Assembly (NCBI RefSeq): GCF_009914755.1
Contig: NC_060927.1
Reading direction: 5' to 3' (one strand)
DNA: 64,000 nucleotides
From: the human T2T-CHM13v2.0 reference genome, Homo sapiens
The notes beneath the pieces were generated by a model. The model did no database searches, had not been told where the DNA came from, and was given only the letters and a program-made list of their open reading frames with translations. Numbering within the stretch: the first letter of the stretch is position 1; each line of letters opens with the position of its first letter. The position numbers and the translations under genes are program-made. Shown in pieces: positions 32,460-47,967 of this stretch.

Positions 32460-33200
32460 TCAAAATAATTGTTCTTTTGTAAGCAACTTTAAAAAATGTA
32501 TAAGGCTGCTTTAAAATGTTCCCTTTGATTTTAGTTTTTGACAGTTTCAATATGATGTGTCCAGGTGTGGATTACTTTTTATGTATTCTGCTTAGGACTT
32601 GTCAGTCTTTTGAATCTGACTGTTTATGTTTCTTATAAATTTTGGAAATCTTCAGTGCTTAATTTTGAAATTATCATTTTGAAATTTTATTTTTCCTATT
32701 TTCTGTATTATTTCTTTGCAGAAATCTAATTAGAAATTTGTGAAAACTTCTCATTTTGTCCCCAATATGTCTTAACTGCTCTTTTGTATTTCTATTTCTT
32801 TGTCATTCTGTGCTGCATTCTGTATAATTTCTTCAGTTTCTAGTTCACTAATTCTCACCTCACTTGCATTTAATATAATATCTAATTTGTCAATTGAATT
32901 TTTAATTTTAATTATATTTTTCACTTCAAGTAGTTCTATTTGATCCTTTCTGAAATCTACTTGGTCTCCTTTCATAGTTTGTTATTTTATTCATTCTCTT
33001 CTAATTATTTAAACATACTAAATATACTCATTTTATATTCAGTATATTATAATCCCAATATTTGCAGTCACTGCAGGTCCGATTTTGTTGTGTGTTGTTT
33101 CTGCTGGCTTCTCCTTCATGGCATCTCCCTCATGTGTGTTGTGACTTTTGATTTAAACTCATTTTTTGATGGAATGTTATCTGTGAGACATCATTAGGGC
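32460..33200 (-). mobile_element. Ancient L1M/HAL1-type ORF1 remnant
   Basis: Minus-strand ORF 32772-32975 (DQIELLEVKNIIKIKNSIDKL...EVRISELE...IIQNAAQNDKEIE) resembles the ORF1p coiled coil. Confidence 0.65.
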
Positions 33201-33430
33201 CTGAGTTGAGGTTGTTTGCTTCTGTCATGTGTTCCTAGTGGCACTACGTTCTGGGACCACCCTAAAATAAATTGTAAGTTTGAGGCCCTTCACACCACAC
33301 ACACACACACACACGGCACACACCACACACACACACAATTACAAGAAGCCCTCAGGACAGCCATGAGCTATTACTTGTCTGCAATTTTGCTTTCTCTTTA
33401 TTATGAACCATAAGGATTTTTTAAATCAGA

Positions 33431-33723
<293 letters not shown>

Positions 33724-33945
33724 TTAAATCAGATTTTTAATGCATACAAAATATATTTTAATTTATCTGGAATTTTAAATTTTCAGTGGCAGGGTTATTC
33801 AAAACATCTAATCTGTCACATTGTCAGAAATAGAGTAGTAAAGGTACTTTCTACTCTTGGCTAGAATTGTGAAAATACATAAAGAAAAATTTTGGTGGGA
33901 CTAATAAAAGGCAGGCTCTCTGTATGTTCATTTTTCTTTTTTTAG

Positions 33946-33999
33946 GGTAATCACGGAATCCCAGGGTCATCTGGAGAAAAAGGAAATAGGGGAAATCGG
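33946..33999 (+). pseudogene. COL6A4P2: Collagen VI exon, 54 bp: GNHGIPGSSGEKGNRGNR
   Basis: Boundaries tttag|GGT...CGG|gtaaag. Confidence 0.92.
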
Positions 34000-35265
34000 G
34001 TAAAGTATGATGATATTCTTTCATTTTCCTGTTGAGTAACCTGATATGGATAGTTTATTTTTAAACTGTGGGAAACTGTGGGAAAAAAAAATCATCTAGT
34101 GGCTTAAACCCTATGGAGTTAAATGGAGAGTTAAAGGGCAATTAATATGAGATAGCTGTTTGGAAGCTTCACCTAAGATCTGACTCTGCTGATGGTAGAA
34201 TGAGTAAAGTAAGTCCTGTGACTTAACATTTTGTGATTGAGAACAGTGATCATGTCACTCCCCATCTCACAAGCTTCTCATGGCTCCCTGTCACCGATGA
34301 TTTAGTGTTACATCCAAGGCCTTTCAACCACATTCTTTACAAATCTCTGTCAAGAAATGTCTTCCTAGGCTCACTGTCTCTGAAATGTTGCTTATGCATG
34401 CCCACCTCTGTGTCTTTGCTCATGCCAGCTGCCTCTCCTGGAATGCCTTTTTCTTGGTTCCATATTCAGTGCTTAATCTGAATATCACCTTTTCCTCAAT
34501 GGGCCCAGTTCCTCTCTTTCTTCCTCACAACAGCTTCCTTGGCATGTCAGTTTGTAGTGATCTTTGCCTTCTCTACATCCTTGCAATTATTTGTACTATC
34601 TGTTTGACAGTGATTACACACTTCCTCCTGATGGTAATTCTGTTTCCATGTAAGGGATGGCAGATACCTAGCATATGTCCCACAACCCTCCCTTCCTGTG
34701 CCCATGGCAGACATACTAACCATTTATGGGATCCAACATGGCTGAAGGATCCATCTTAACACAGTACTATAATCAGCTTCTATTGATTGATAGGATTAGA
34801 CATAAAGGGTGTAATTTATTTGCTTATGCTTCTTTGTACTCCTCATGAAATTGGAGTAATGCTTTTACTCCAAAGGTGCACAATTAGTGATGTGGATTGA
34901 ATTCCTGATAGGTGAAACAGGGAGAGTCAGAAGACATGGCTCTTTATTGAGGTTTAATTTCTAACTTGAAGTTTATGGATCAGACTTTGGAGAAGGTGGG
35001 AGATACCATACTTTCTTAACACTGGAGAGCCTTCAGTTTCAGCTAAATTTAGTTAAATTCAATAAACACCTGTCAAGTGTTTATTGTCCCTACATGTGGG
35101 ACATTTGCTAGATACAAAAAAGGGTTCCAAGATACATAAGCCATGGCTCTGACCAACAAAGAGCTTATTGAGTGTGCAGGAGATACAACTGGTACAGGAA
35201 AAACTATAATATGAGATAGGATAAGCTACAGGATGTAACAATGCTGCAAATAAAGAATCAATGGG

Positions 35266-35544
35266 GGCCGGGCGTGGTGGCTCACGCCTGTAATCCCAGC
35301 ACTTTGGGAGGCCGAGGCGGGCGGATCACGAGGTCAGGAGATCGAGACCATCCTGGCTAACACGGTGAAACCCCGTCTCTACTAAAAATACAAAAAATTA
35401 GCCGGGCGAGGTGGCGGGCGCCTGTAGTCCCAGCTACTCGGGAGGCTGAGGCAGGAGAATGGCGTGAACCCCAGGGGGCGGAGCCTGCAGTGAGCCGAGA
35501 TTGCGCCACTGCACTCCAGCCTGGGCGACAGCGAGACTCCGTCT

Positions 35545-35577
<33 letters not shown>
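35266..35577 (+). mobile_element. Young AluY (AluYe5-like)
   Basis: GGGCGAGGTGGCGGG, GAACCCC.GGGGGCGGAGCCTGCAG and GGCGACAGCGAGAC diagnostics; CpGs intact; long pure A-tail; TSD AAAGAAT(C/G)AATGGG. Confidence 0.85.
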
Positions 35578-35579
<2 letters not shown>

Positions 35580-37376
35580 ATGAATGGGAGCACAGTGACT
35601 TGGAGAGGAAACGAAAATAGATTCCCTTTTCTTCACTTGATCAATCATCAAAATTTATTGAGCATCTATTGCAATCAAGGCATGATTCTAGAATGGGGAA
35701 CAAAAGAGACATGGGCTCTATCTCTTAGGATTGGCCTCTATGGAAAAAGATAGACATGAATGAAATAATCACAGAAATAGATATAATATTACTGCAGAGA
35801 TAAAGGTATGGAAAGGAATACGACAGGGGATTTGACCCAGCCTGTGTAGTCAGAAAGGCTTCATTGAGGAGGAGATGGGATGAAATTTAAAAGATAGGTA
35901 ACAATTAAGGAAGAGAGAGGGGGGCAAGAGAACAACTTCTATATGAGCAGGTGCTGAAGGGTGGAGAGGACTCCGGCTTTCCAGAAAATGCAGGAAATCA
36001 AGACATTTTTCACTCAGACCTCTGTGAGAGGGACTGGGAGAGAGACACAGGGTATTCTAGTTTAAGAAAAGGGCTCAAGGAAAAGGTTAGAGTTAGAAGA
36101 AATCAGGATAGGTCTGGAAAAATAAGGATCCTAATTTCATAGGAGTGGAGGATAAAATAAAAAGTATAAAGAGTGGGGAGAAAGCCTGAAAGGGCAATTT
36201 GGAGCCAGTTTAATGCTACTTTTGGGAGTTTTGTTTCTACTGAGTTATCAAGGGCTATTGAAGGTTTATAGGCAAGGAAGACACATGTTGGAAGCTGTAG
36301 GTTTGGAAGATTACTCTGAAAGTCCAGTGACTGGGTCAGATAAAGGAGGGTCTAGAAGTAGGGTGAATCATAATAGGAACCATATGCCTAAACAGTTGAA
36401 TTTATTCTTCTATTTAATCCCTACACTGTTTCTATAAGTTAGGCACATCTGTTTCACAAATGAGAAAATGGAGTCTGAGAAAAGTCAAAGAAATTTACCA
36501 ATGTAGGAAATTAAATAGCAGGATTGGAACCTACAGTTATCTAGCTCCCTTTTACCATTATATTAGGCCAGGAAAGAGATAAGGAGGCATCTCAAGTAAG
36601 ATTATGAAGTGGCTTCTTTTGGAGTCTAGAGAACATTTTATTTCCTTTGTGTCTGAAAGCTAGAACAGTGATCCCATCTGTTAATCATGCACACCCTCCG
36701 GCTCCAGGCATGTGATGTCGTCTGAGGAAGGCACCTGTGGTGGAGCCTCTCCCCAGTTCATGGCTCTGTGGGCGCTACGACACAGGAATGGCACAGATCA
36801 TGGCAGCATTTAAGAGAAGCATCATTTACTTGTCATAGTCCTATGGCAAGTTTCTTCACCCCTCTGTTTTCCTATCTGCAGTAGTCGGGAGCTCTGGAAA
36901 CATTGTTCTCTCCTTTCTCTTTTTCGTGAGATCTTGCTCTACCGCTGCTGCCCATGCTCATGATGGAGAAAGCCCTTCTCACCACCACCCCCTTTTTAAG
37001 CAACAACAACAGCAACAACAACATGTGTTTCTGTGTGGAGCACCACCAAAGGGTGGAAAGATCAAGGAATTTGATGATAGGGAGACCTGGGCCCAACTTC
37101 CTAGAATCTCAGGTCCTGCATAATGCAAATTGGTGAATTCCTGAGTTGTGAGGGCTAAATGAGGTAATACACATCTAGGTCCAAGCATATGGCAGATAGC
37201 CAATAAAAGTATGTCCTTCTTTACCTTTCAATCTCACCCCCTTGGCAGTGAATGCTTTAAAATTCAAGTACTAAGTTGCTCTTTTCATTTGATTCTTATT
37301 TTCGCTCTTAATGTTCTCTTCTCTCTAGGCAATATGTGATTTTTAAAAGTGACACATTTTTTCTTTGTGATTTAAG

Positions 37377-37439
37377 GGCTTGACGGGACTGCCAGGACAA
37401 CCTGGAGAGCGTGGAGAGCCTGGGTTAAGGGGAGATCCT
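37377..37439 (+). pseudogene. COL6A4P2: Collagen VI exon, 63 bp: GLTGLPGQPGERGEPGLRGDP
   Basis: Boundaries ttaag|GGC...CCT|gtgagt. Confidence 0.92.
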
Positions 37440-37788
37440 GTGAGTGATGTTGGGGGATTTCTGCTGCTTTAATTCCAGGGACTGGAGAACTGTTTGCTCG
37501 TGACACAAAGGCAACGAGCAATTAATTATTCATTAATAAAGCATCTGCTCACCCTATCTTAGTATTGCAACAAATAAAAGATTTGAGGGAAAACTTATAG
37601 AAAAGTTGAGTTCTTAAAAAGGTTGGAATTTTAATTGGATTAAAAGTCTAAGATTTTTGAGCAGGCCCAGACAATAAAAAGGGTCCACTTTAGTTGTACC
37701 TTATTTTTTTGTTTTGTTTTGTTTTAAATAATTCTTCCTATAATTTCTTTTCTGTCCATTTGAGGTAATGAACCCTTTATTTTCTCAG

Positions 37789-37854
37789 GGGGATCCTGGA
37801 ACTAATAGCTATATCCAAGGCCCTAAGGGAGAAAAAGGAAGGCGTGGGCGTCAG
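37789..37854 (+). pseudogene. COL6A4P2: Collagen VI exon, 66 bp: GDPGTNSYIQGPKGEKGRRGRQ (native helix interruption)
   Basis: Boundaries ctcag|GGG...CAG|gtaaga; the equivalent COL6A3 exon is also 66 bp and interrupted. Confidence 0.92.
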
Positions 37855-39343
37855 GTAAGATGTTCTGTTTCCTTGAGGGGCTACATGGGAACGGATGCTA
37901 GCTGGGGCAGAGGACTTGGGCATTCCGGTAGGATCAGCATAAAAAACCAGAGAGCAAGCCTGTGGGAATCCACTGTCTATGGAGATAGAAGCTCTGAATG
38001 CCAATCTCCACTGACATCCTCGTCCTTGCATACTTAATTCATAGTTGTTTTTTTCTATACGAATCCTTTCTCCTACAACATTACATCTTTTGTCCTTGGT
38101 TTCCTCATCTCCAAAATGAAAGCACCAGACTCAATAATGCCTAAGATATTTCTGGTTTCTAAATTCTCTATCTTTATAATGATGTATTGATTTAGAAGGT
38201 ACTCAGGGTCATTACAGTGCTGGCTTGCTTTCTGTCACAGCCAGTGCTGATTGATGTGAACTGGGTATTAGCCATTTTTTAAGGTGAAATCCTTGCCTAG
38301 TTCTGAAAACTAGAAGCATTGTGATAGAAGGCATCACAGAAGCAAAAAGACTTGTTAACTTTGATCGATGTTAACTTCTTGGCAGCCATTTTTAGATTTT
38401 CATGTCCCAGACATTAAAATGTATGATTCTGAAAAATGACTAAAATAACCCAAGTGCTTCAGTCCTCATATCTTCCCTAATTTCCAGGCATGAGGTCTGC
38501 ATAGAGAAACGTTTGCAGCTAGAGAGGAACCTCTATTACTTTGAACTCCAGTTTTTCATCCTTTGACAAAATTATAGGACATTGGCTCTCTTCTGTAGCT
38601 AGTTTGCATTCCTTTTACATATGTCTAGATCCTGAGTTAAATGCAGTTTGTAACAAGATGATTATTATGTTGCTGTGTGAGAAAACCAGCATGACTTGCT
38701 GCAAGAATCTCATCCTGTTGTTAATTGCAGTTGTTTTGGACAAACCCCATTGAGAGGGTGTCCTGTGGTGAGTTGACATCAGAGAGCCCTGTGAACAGCC
38801 ACTCAATCGGCTATGGAACTGAGCTAAGGGAGCAGCAGGACAGCAACCCTTAACCCATGTGGGCCCCGGTTTCATCTGGAAGGAGGGAAGGAAGATAGAG
38901 AAACCATTTCAAAGCTTCCATGAGTTGTGGTTGTTGTGAGAAGAAAGATCATGATCTGTCTATTCAGACTGGTTCTCTTATTTGCTCAAGGTTTTACTGC
39001 TGGGAAGGAACCTAGGCCTCTAGACAAACTGTCCAGTGCTGTGTACATCAGAGCACTGCAGACACAGCAAGAGCCGCATGTTCACAGCTTTCTGAGGTCT
39101 CCATCACTGAGTTTAGCCAAGGGTTAACCTTGATCACCAGATCCCTACTTGTACATGCAAACAAAAATTGTAACCCTCTGGGGCAGTGCTGTGACATATT
39201 CCATTTGTGTTCCCCATGGTTTCTGCTCCCATGCTGGGCCAAAAAACGGTGGTAACTAAATATCCTTTGAATAGACTTAGATAACAGAAATCACTCCCAC
39301 CAGCTATATTACCCTGAAGCTGGTAGATGCTGACATTCTAGCC

Positions 39344-39607
39344 TGAGCTTGTCCAATTCACTGCCCATGGGCAGTATGTGGCCCAGGATGGCTTTGAATG
39401 CAGCCCAACACAATTTGTAAACTTTCCTAAAACATTATGAGATTTTTTTCTCTTCTCTTCTTTTTCTTTTCTTTCTTTCTTTCTTTCTTTTTTTTTTTTT
39501 TTAAAGCTTATCAGCTATTGTTAGTGTTAGTGTATTTTATGTGTGGCCCAAGACAATTCTTCTTCCTCCAATGTGGCCCAGAGAAGCCAAAAGATTGGAC
39601 ACCCCTG
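39344..39607 (-). mobile_element. MER30 hAT DNA transposon
   Basis: GTGGCCCAGGATGGCTTTGAATGC...GCCAAAAGATTGGACACCCCTG; 8-bp TSD TTCTAGCC. Confidence 0.8.
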
Positions 39608-40466
39608 TTCTAGCCTGTTAAGTGCTGTTGGGAGATAGCTCTCTAGGGGGCAACGGCTCCTTTCTGACATGAACCAAAGAGTGGCTTAAATGTTGCAGTC
39701 TGGATGGAGAGGTTTTCCTGATGAAGCAGTCTTTCTGACCAAGCAGAATAATTTTATTATATACCTAATATTGGAGAAAGCGTGGAGAGCCAATCATACC
39801 AGTCAGAAGTGAGAAAGTAACACTTCTGGGGAGAATGAAAGTCAATACAACCTTTTCGGGAGGCAATAGGCAATGCACATCAGTCATCAGTTAGGATTAC
39901 TGTTTTTTTTTTTTTTAATGTTTTTAAATATACCAATGAAAGCCTGACTAGCAGTGTTTAGCTAATAAATGTGTTTTATAACCCAGGGATAGGTGATGAC
40001 AACTTTGGCACATCAGTTTATGGTCCCATCGAACCTCAGTGATGTCGTCAGGGACCCGGCGCCTTTCCTCCCACACTGCCATCCTCAACGTGTCAGCTTT
40101 CGGTCCCTAGGTTTAGCAGCTCCAAGTGTTTTTTTGTCTTCACCTTTACATAAAATGTCAGGAGAAAAGGGGCTTTCCTTTCATCAAATTACTCCCAGCA
40201 ATATTCTCTTTATAGCTCATTAGCTAAAATAGACCCTGTGCTCCCCAACAGCCCTTGCCCCATTTCAAGAGATCCAGAGAAAGCAAGTCTCTAACAAAAG
40301 GAAATGGGATCATCACAGTTGGCTTAGGCCTGTTCATCCCCTGGAGCTGGGTATGTTGTTGCTCCAAACAAAACTAAAAAGACCAGATTTTCTTAGCACA
40401 GAGGAAGGGAGGGCCTGTTTTGTAGGCCACCAACTGAGTCTGCCACAGCTTTAAGATGTGTATGTC

Positions 40467-40809
<343 letters not shown>

Positions 40810-41139
40810 CTACCCTTTCTAGTCCTAGAAATTTATCTGTACGCTAATCATGGTGCAACACAAAGATTTAGCTCCAAGGATGGTCATTGCAGTGATTTTT
40901 AAGGTAGTAAAACATTGAAAATATTTAAATATCTAATAATAAAGGAATATTTATGTAAACAATGCTCTTCCACACAGTGGAATAGTATTAGGCCATGAAA
41001 CATAATGTAGAAGATGATTTCATGATATGGAAAACATCCATGATGTAATATCAAGTGAAAAAAGCAGGTTGCAACCCTGTATTTAACCTGAGTCCAAATT
41101 TGTAGAATATTTCTATATTGCCAAAATTGTGTATTTCTT

Positions 41140-41490
41140 TTTTATTAATTTCGATTTTTATTTTAGATTCAGGGGATAATGTACAGGTTTGTTACAAGGG
41201 TATATTGCATGGTACTGAGGTTTGGGCTTCCGTCACCAAAGTAGTAAACATAGTACCCAATAGGAAGCTTTTCACTCCTTGCCCCATTCCTCCCTCCCCT
41301 TTCAGAGTCCCCTGTGTCTATTGTTCCCATCTTTATGTCTGTGTGAACCCAAGATTTAACTCCCACTTATAAGTGAGAACATGTGGTATTTGGTTTTCTA
41401 TTTTTGCATTAGTTCATTTAGGATAATGGCCTCCAGCTGCATCCATGTTGCTGCAAAGGACATAATTTGGTTCTCTTTTATGGCTGAGAG
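41140..41490 (-). mobile_element. L1PB/L1PA 3' end fragment
   Basis: GTACAGGTTTGTTACAAGGG...CTCCCACTTATAAGTGAGAACATG. Confidence 0.75.
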
Positions 41491-42156
41491 TGCGTGCACT
41501 TTACATGGGACACAGTGTCCATTGTCAGCACCCTCAGTTCCTTCAGAAGGAGTGGGTTACAATTTTTTTCAGTATTTGGTAGAACTGGGTTTGTCCTTCG
41601 GCTCACTTACGGTGGAGGCTGTGGAATTGCCAGCCTGTATCTATTCCCTTGTATGGAATAAAGAAACAGAGATAAGAAGGAAGGAATAGAAGTAAGAAAG
41701 AAGGAATGTAGAAAGGAAGAAAGGAAGGACGGGGAGGGAGGGAGGGAAGAAAGAAAGGAAGTGAAAGGAGAGAGAAAAACCAACTTGTTTGTAGCAGCAA
41801 CATGCCAGCCCCTAGTGTTTCTTTACCTTAATTTTATTCTCTGTATTGTTGAAATAGTCCATGATGAACCTGTTACTTTTTATCCTCTTCATTCTGAAAA
41901 ATTTCAAATCTACAGAAAAATGTAGTTGTAAGTCTAAACACCAATTTTTATCCTTTAGCTATATTTGCTTTATATCTCTTTATACAAATACTTAAGGGTC
42001 TGTGTGTGTGTAACTGAGCTAATTGAGGATTAATTAAAGGCTTCATGAGAATTTGCCTCTAAATATTCAACAAGTATATGTTAAGAAAAAGGATATTCTT
42101 CTATATAAACATAATGTAATCATCACCCTCATGAAATTCAATATTTATACAATATT

Positions 42157-42868
<712 letters not shown>

Positions 42869-44024
42869 CCCCAATAATGTCCTCTGTGGCTGCTGCTGTT
42901 GTTCCAGGATCCAGCTGAGGACTATGCAGTGCCTTTAGTTGTCCTGTGTCGTCAGTGCCCTTTCATCACATTTGCTCAGTTATTTGTTTACATGACACTG
43001 ACACTGTACACCAGTTATTTTGCTAAACACCCCTCAATTAGGATTTGTATGATTGTTTTCCCATAACTAGATTCAGGCTAAATACTTTTGGTATTATAGC
43101 ACAAACTTTTATGTACTTTAAAAACTTTTGAAAAACATAGTTTTTAATTGTTGCATTCTATTTCAATAAGTGTTTCTACCATAATTTGATCAACACTTCC
43201 CTCATGTTGTGGGATGTTTAAATTGTTTCAGAAATTTAATCTATTATGAATAACAGTTGGGTGAACAGCTTTGCACAAAACGTTTTTGTTTCTGTTATTT
43301 CACACTCTTTCCCTATTTATGTATTCCTATTGAGTTAGCATGTAACTTTATGAAATAATTATCTGAGGTACCCCTACTTGGGATCCCACATGGTTTCCAT
43401 TTTTCTTAAAAGATAGACTCATTTTTTTCTCTGGACAATACTCATTTTTCCACTTCTGACCCCAAAGAAATGAGAACACTAGACTCTTTCCTCACTGTGA
43501 CTATATAACCTCTTTCTCTCTCTGTCAGCATCTGTATATATTGATCACCCATGTCTTCAGAGAGACGCTTTTCTACCTTCTGTTTCTATCTGCCACTCAG
43601 GACCCTAAATGATACAGGTAGAAAGAGAAGTGCCAATATTTTCAAATATTAAGCATGGCTGTGTTCCCAGCGTGATGAACTGTGAGGAGTCATCAAGGGA
43701 ACAATCTCTGGGGAAAGATGCCTACAACACTGATATTTTGAAACATCAGCATTTAATGCCATTTGCTTCTTGAGGAGCACTGACCAACAGAACATTCTGA
43801 GATCATGGAAATATCCTGTGTCTGTACCGTCCAATGTGGTAGCCACTAGCCATATGGAATTATGGAACACTTGGAATGTGGTCAGCATAACAAAGAAACT
43901 ACATCTTTAATTTGGTGCGAATTTAAGTGCTACATCTACCTAGTGCCTTCTGTATTGGACAAAAAGTTTTGCTAGCGTTTGTTGTTGTTTGTTTCTGATC
44001 TTCCCTTTATTTCTTACTTTTCAG

Positions 44025-44078
44025 GGAAGTTCTAATGTTGATGGACCTCAGGGAGAAACTGGAAATGTCGGCCCTTGG
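44025..44078 (+). pseudogene. COL6A4P2: Collagen VI exon, 54 bp: GSSNVDGPQGETGNVGPW
   Basis: Boundaries ttcag|GGA...TGG|gtaggc; Asn at a Gly position (44034-44036). Confidence 0.9.
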
Positions 44079-44195
44079 GTAGGCGTTAACAGCTGGAGGG
44101 ATGTATTTCCCCTGCGTTTGTGGAAGAGGATGGTAGGCTGGGGTGAAAATTGGTTTATATCCTTCTCTAAGGTCTCTGCTTTCCATTTTTCTTAG

Positions 44196-44231
44196 GGGAC
44201 AATAGGAAGGCGAGGTCTGCCAGGATTAAAG
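44196..44231 (+). pseudogene. COL6A4P2: Collagen VI exon, 36 bp: GTIGRRGLPGLK
   Basis: Boundaries cttag|GGG...AAG|gtcagt. Confidence 0.9.
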
Positions 44232-44279
44232 GTCAGTGCTTTCTGGAAAGAGTTGCTCTTTGTTCCACACATATGACTA

Positions 44280-45430
44280 CTGTATTTATTATTGATACAT
44301 AATATCTGCACATATTTATGGGGTACATGTGATATTTTGATACATACATAGAACATATAATGATCACACCAGGGTATTTAGGATATCTATCACCTCAAAC
44401 ATTTATTATTTCTTTATATTAGCAACATTTCAAATATTCTTTTCTAGCTATTTTGAAATGTACAATATATTGTTGTTAACTATAGTCACCCTACTGTACT
44501 ATCAAACACTAGAACTTATTCCTTCTATGTGACTGTATGTTTTACGCATTAACCAACCTCTTTTCATTCTCCCTACCCTCAACCCCCCTTCTCAGCCTCT
44601 GATAACTGTCATTCTACTCTCTACCTCATGAGATCAACTGTTTTAGCTCCCACATGTGAGACAGAACTTGTGATGTTTGTCTTTCTGTGCCTGACTTATT
44701 CCATTCAACATAATGACTTTTAGTTCCATCCATGTTGCTGCCAATAACAGGATTTCATTCTCCTTTATGGCTGACTTTTATTTCACTGTGTGTATGTATC
44801 ACATTTTCTTTATCTGCTCATCTGTTGGTGGAAACTTAGGTTGATTCCACATGTTTGCTATTGTGAATAGTGCTGCAATAAGCATGGGGTGCAGGTAACC
44901 CTTTGATATACTGACTTTCTTTTCTTTGGGTAAATGCCCATTAGTGGGATTTGTGGATCATATAGTAGTTCCATTTTTAACTTTTTGGGAAATCTCTATA
45001 TTGTTTTCCATAATGACTGTACGAACTTATATTCTTACCAAAAATATGTATCCCTTTTCTCTGCATCTTTGCTAGCATTTGTTGTTTTTTGCATTTTTGA
45101 TAAAAACTATTTAACTGGGATAAGATAATATCTCATTGTGGTTTTCATCATCAGTGATGTTAAACATTTTTTCATATACCTATTGGCCATTTGTATGTCT
45201 TTTGAGAAATGTCAGTTCAGATATTTTGCCCATTTTTTAATGGGATTGCTTTTTTTTTTTTGCAATTGAGTTGTTTGTTCCTTGTATATGCTAGATATTA
45301 GTCCGTTGTCAGGTGAATAGTTTGCATGTATTTCCTCCCATTCAACAGGTTGTCTCTTCACTCTGCTCATTGTTTTTTTTTTTTTTTTTCGGTTCAGAAG
45401 ATTTTTGTTTAATATAGTCCCATTTGTCTA
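44280..45430 (-). mobile_element. L1MA 3' region
   Basis: CATATTTATGGGGTACATGTGATATTTTGATAC...TTTGCTATTGTGAATAGTGCTGCAATA. Confidence 0.8.
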
Positions 45431-47456
45431 TCTTTTATGGCTTCTTTAAATTGTTCTCTCTGAGGTCAAGGAGAGTGCCGGCTGGGCTGTCTGAGGTTGC
45501 ATGAGGTTCATTGAAAGTTTCCATGGCGATTTTTTTCATGAAAAAGGGAAAGTTTATATGGTTCTCTGCCTCCTCCCCACCTTGCTATAATGTTTCATTT
45601 AGATTGAAAAGAAGCTAATATCCTAATATCTTAGAGTAGGACTTTCATTTCTATTATTTATTTCATTTATTTCTGTTTCATTGCTCTATATGCCTATTTT
45701 TATACCAGTACCATGCTGTTTTGCTGACTATGGCCTTATAGTGTAGTTGATTTTTAAAATAAGAGATATAGTTACAAATATTTTGAGGCTTCAGGATGAA
45801 CTGGGTTTATCCACCATGTCAGTGGTTTGCTAGTTGACTCAACATTGGAGCACTGGTCATATAGGCTCATAACTCCAAATTACAGCATTCCTTGGACTTT
45901 GGGAAAATCTGGCTCAGTATTATCTACAAAATTAGATCTGCTGGCCTTTGCAAGATGTATAATAAAGTGGAATTCTAAGTATAATTTTATTTATGGAAAA
46001 GGTTATATTTATGCCAAACAAATTGATGCATTCCTTTTTTGGCAATAAGGCAAGATTTTAAACTTGCTGTTTATGATAAAATTGAGAATGTTATTAATTT
46101 TTTTAAAGGTACATAAACCCACCACCCCTCGGCGAGTATTTTCATGTTTTTCTGTTCTCTTGTATAAAAAATAAAGGATTATTATAATGTAGATAACATT
46201 TTATATTCTGCTTTTTCCTGTTTCCAAATCTCCCTATTATCATTTTAGAACATTATGTTTTACTCTATTGAAGTACCATGATTTACTAATCTTTCTTATG
46301 TTGAGCATTTAGGTAATTTCTGTTTTGTTGGGTATCTTGGTAATTGATGTGAAGAACGTCAGTGACGTGTATTATAGGTTTTTTGTTTTGTTTTCACTTT
46401 TGCTCCACTCATATTATTTTCTTAATATAAATGTATAAGCATAGAGTTATGATAGAGTCTGAACATTGCTATATATAGCCACATTGTTTTTATAAATGTT
46501 GCACTATGAATATCACTAATGTGATATGCAAATTAGACCACATTTCATAACCTGGTTCAAAATTTCTAGCTGTATTCCTTTTAAAATTTGGTTCATATTT
46601 ATAAATCTAGAAATCAACTCTTAAAGAGCAGAATAACATAACAGGAATGATTAATAGAAGTACTGAATAGTTTCAAAAACTGATGAAGCACAAGTAATTG
46701 ATCCACATATTTATTAAATTCTGACTTTGAAGTTTTTGCTCTTTGCATATCTATGAATAATTAATAATCTAGTCAACATGTGAGCAACATGAAAAAGAAG
46801 GCAGAACAATTCACAAAATGGATGTTATCCTCAATCTTGGAAAACATATCTTCTCTGAGAAATGAAAATATTAATTTGTGGGATAAATTAAATCAGTTAT
46901 AGAATGAATCATTTTAACAACTCATCCTTTGCCTAGAGAGCTAGCTTCTTGCCATCAAGGTCTGTAGGGTTTTAAAGCCACTTTCCTGTTATTTTCCCAA
47001 GCACTTTTTGTGCCTTTGTCTCAGAGTGTCATGTTTATTGTTGTGATCAACATTCTGAGTTTCCTTGTATGAAATAAAAGACCTTAATGCCCTTGAACGT
47101 TTAGTCTGTATGCCTTAAAAGGAAGGACTGTTTAGGAACCAGTTATTACACAAAATACGAATTTGGGTTATTTAAACAAAGTATTTTTGCTCCCATTACT
47201 AGCTGAGACATTGGAAGGAGATGTGCAAAGACTGGGAAAGGCCTTAAGAATCTGGTCTTGCCTTTTCCCAAGATAAGTGTAAATACCCACATTTCCTCTT
47301 CAACTTCATCTCCTAAGAGGATTGATCACAACCAGTCCAATCTTGTTTGAGTCTTTCTCTTGTGGTTTCAAGTGATATATTGCAGGAAAAGCTGCTTTCA
47401 ATAAGAACACTAAAGATGGCTGGTGAACTCACTGTAAGTTTTATTCATTTTGACAG

Positions 47457-47519
47457 GGTGTGCCTGGAGAATCTGGTGAACAGGGTTACCAAGGAGAGCT
47501 TGGGTATCCAGGCTCACAG
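47457..47519 (+). pseudogene. COL6A4P2: Collagen VI exon, 63 bp: GVPGESGEQGYQGELGYPGSQ
   Basis: Boundaries gacag|GGT...CAG|gttgta. Confidence 0.92.
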
Positions 47520-47967
47520 GTTGTATCTGGGAGCTTGGTTTTAGTGCTGAAGGATATTTGTTTGAAATTTTAACTTATTGTTTGATAATAATTTAACATA
47601 AATCAGAATGGCTTTGGATGCCTCCTTTCCAGGGCCTCCCAAAGAAAATTGTATAGCCCCTTTTCTGAAAAGATTAAACCACAATAGCTAATATTTATTG
47701 ACCTCTATGTTCTAGACACTGTCTAAAGCACTTGTATTAACTAATTTAATTCTTCAATGGGAGGGAGGTTATTATCCTCATTTTACAGGAGAAAAATAAA
47801 GAGGGAATGGAGAAGTTAGGTAAATTGGCAAAGGTCACACAGCTAGTGAGTGATAAAGCTGGGATTCAAACTCAGGCAGTATAGTTACAAAATCAGTGCT
47901 CTTGATTACTGCCTCTGAAGCTGTGTATTCAAATATTATTTAATTTACTGAAATTATATTTATATCT

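Noticed and set aside
36926-37123. Poly-Q, poly-N and poly-C ORFs
   Set aside because: Short intronic (CAA)n microsatellite without exon signals
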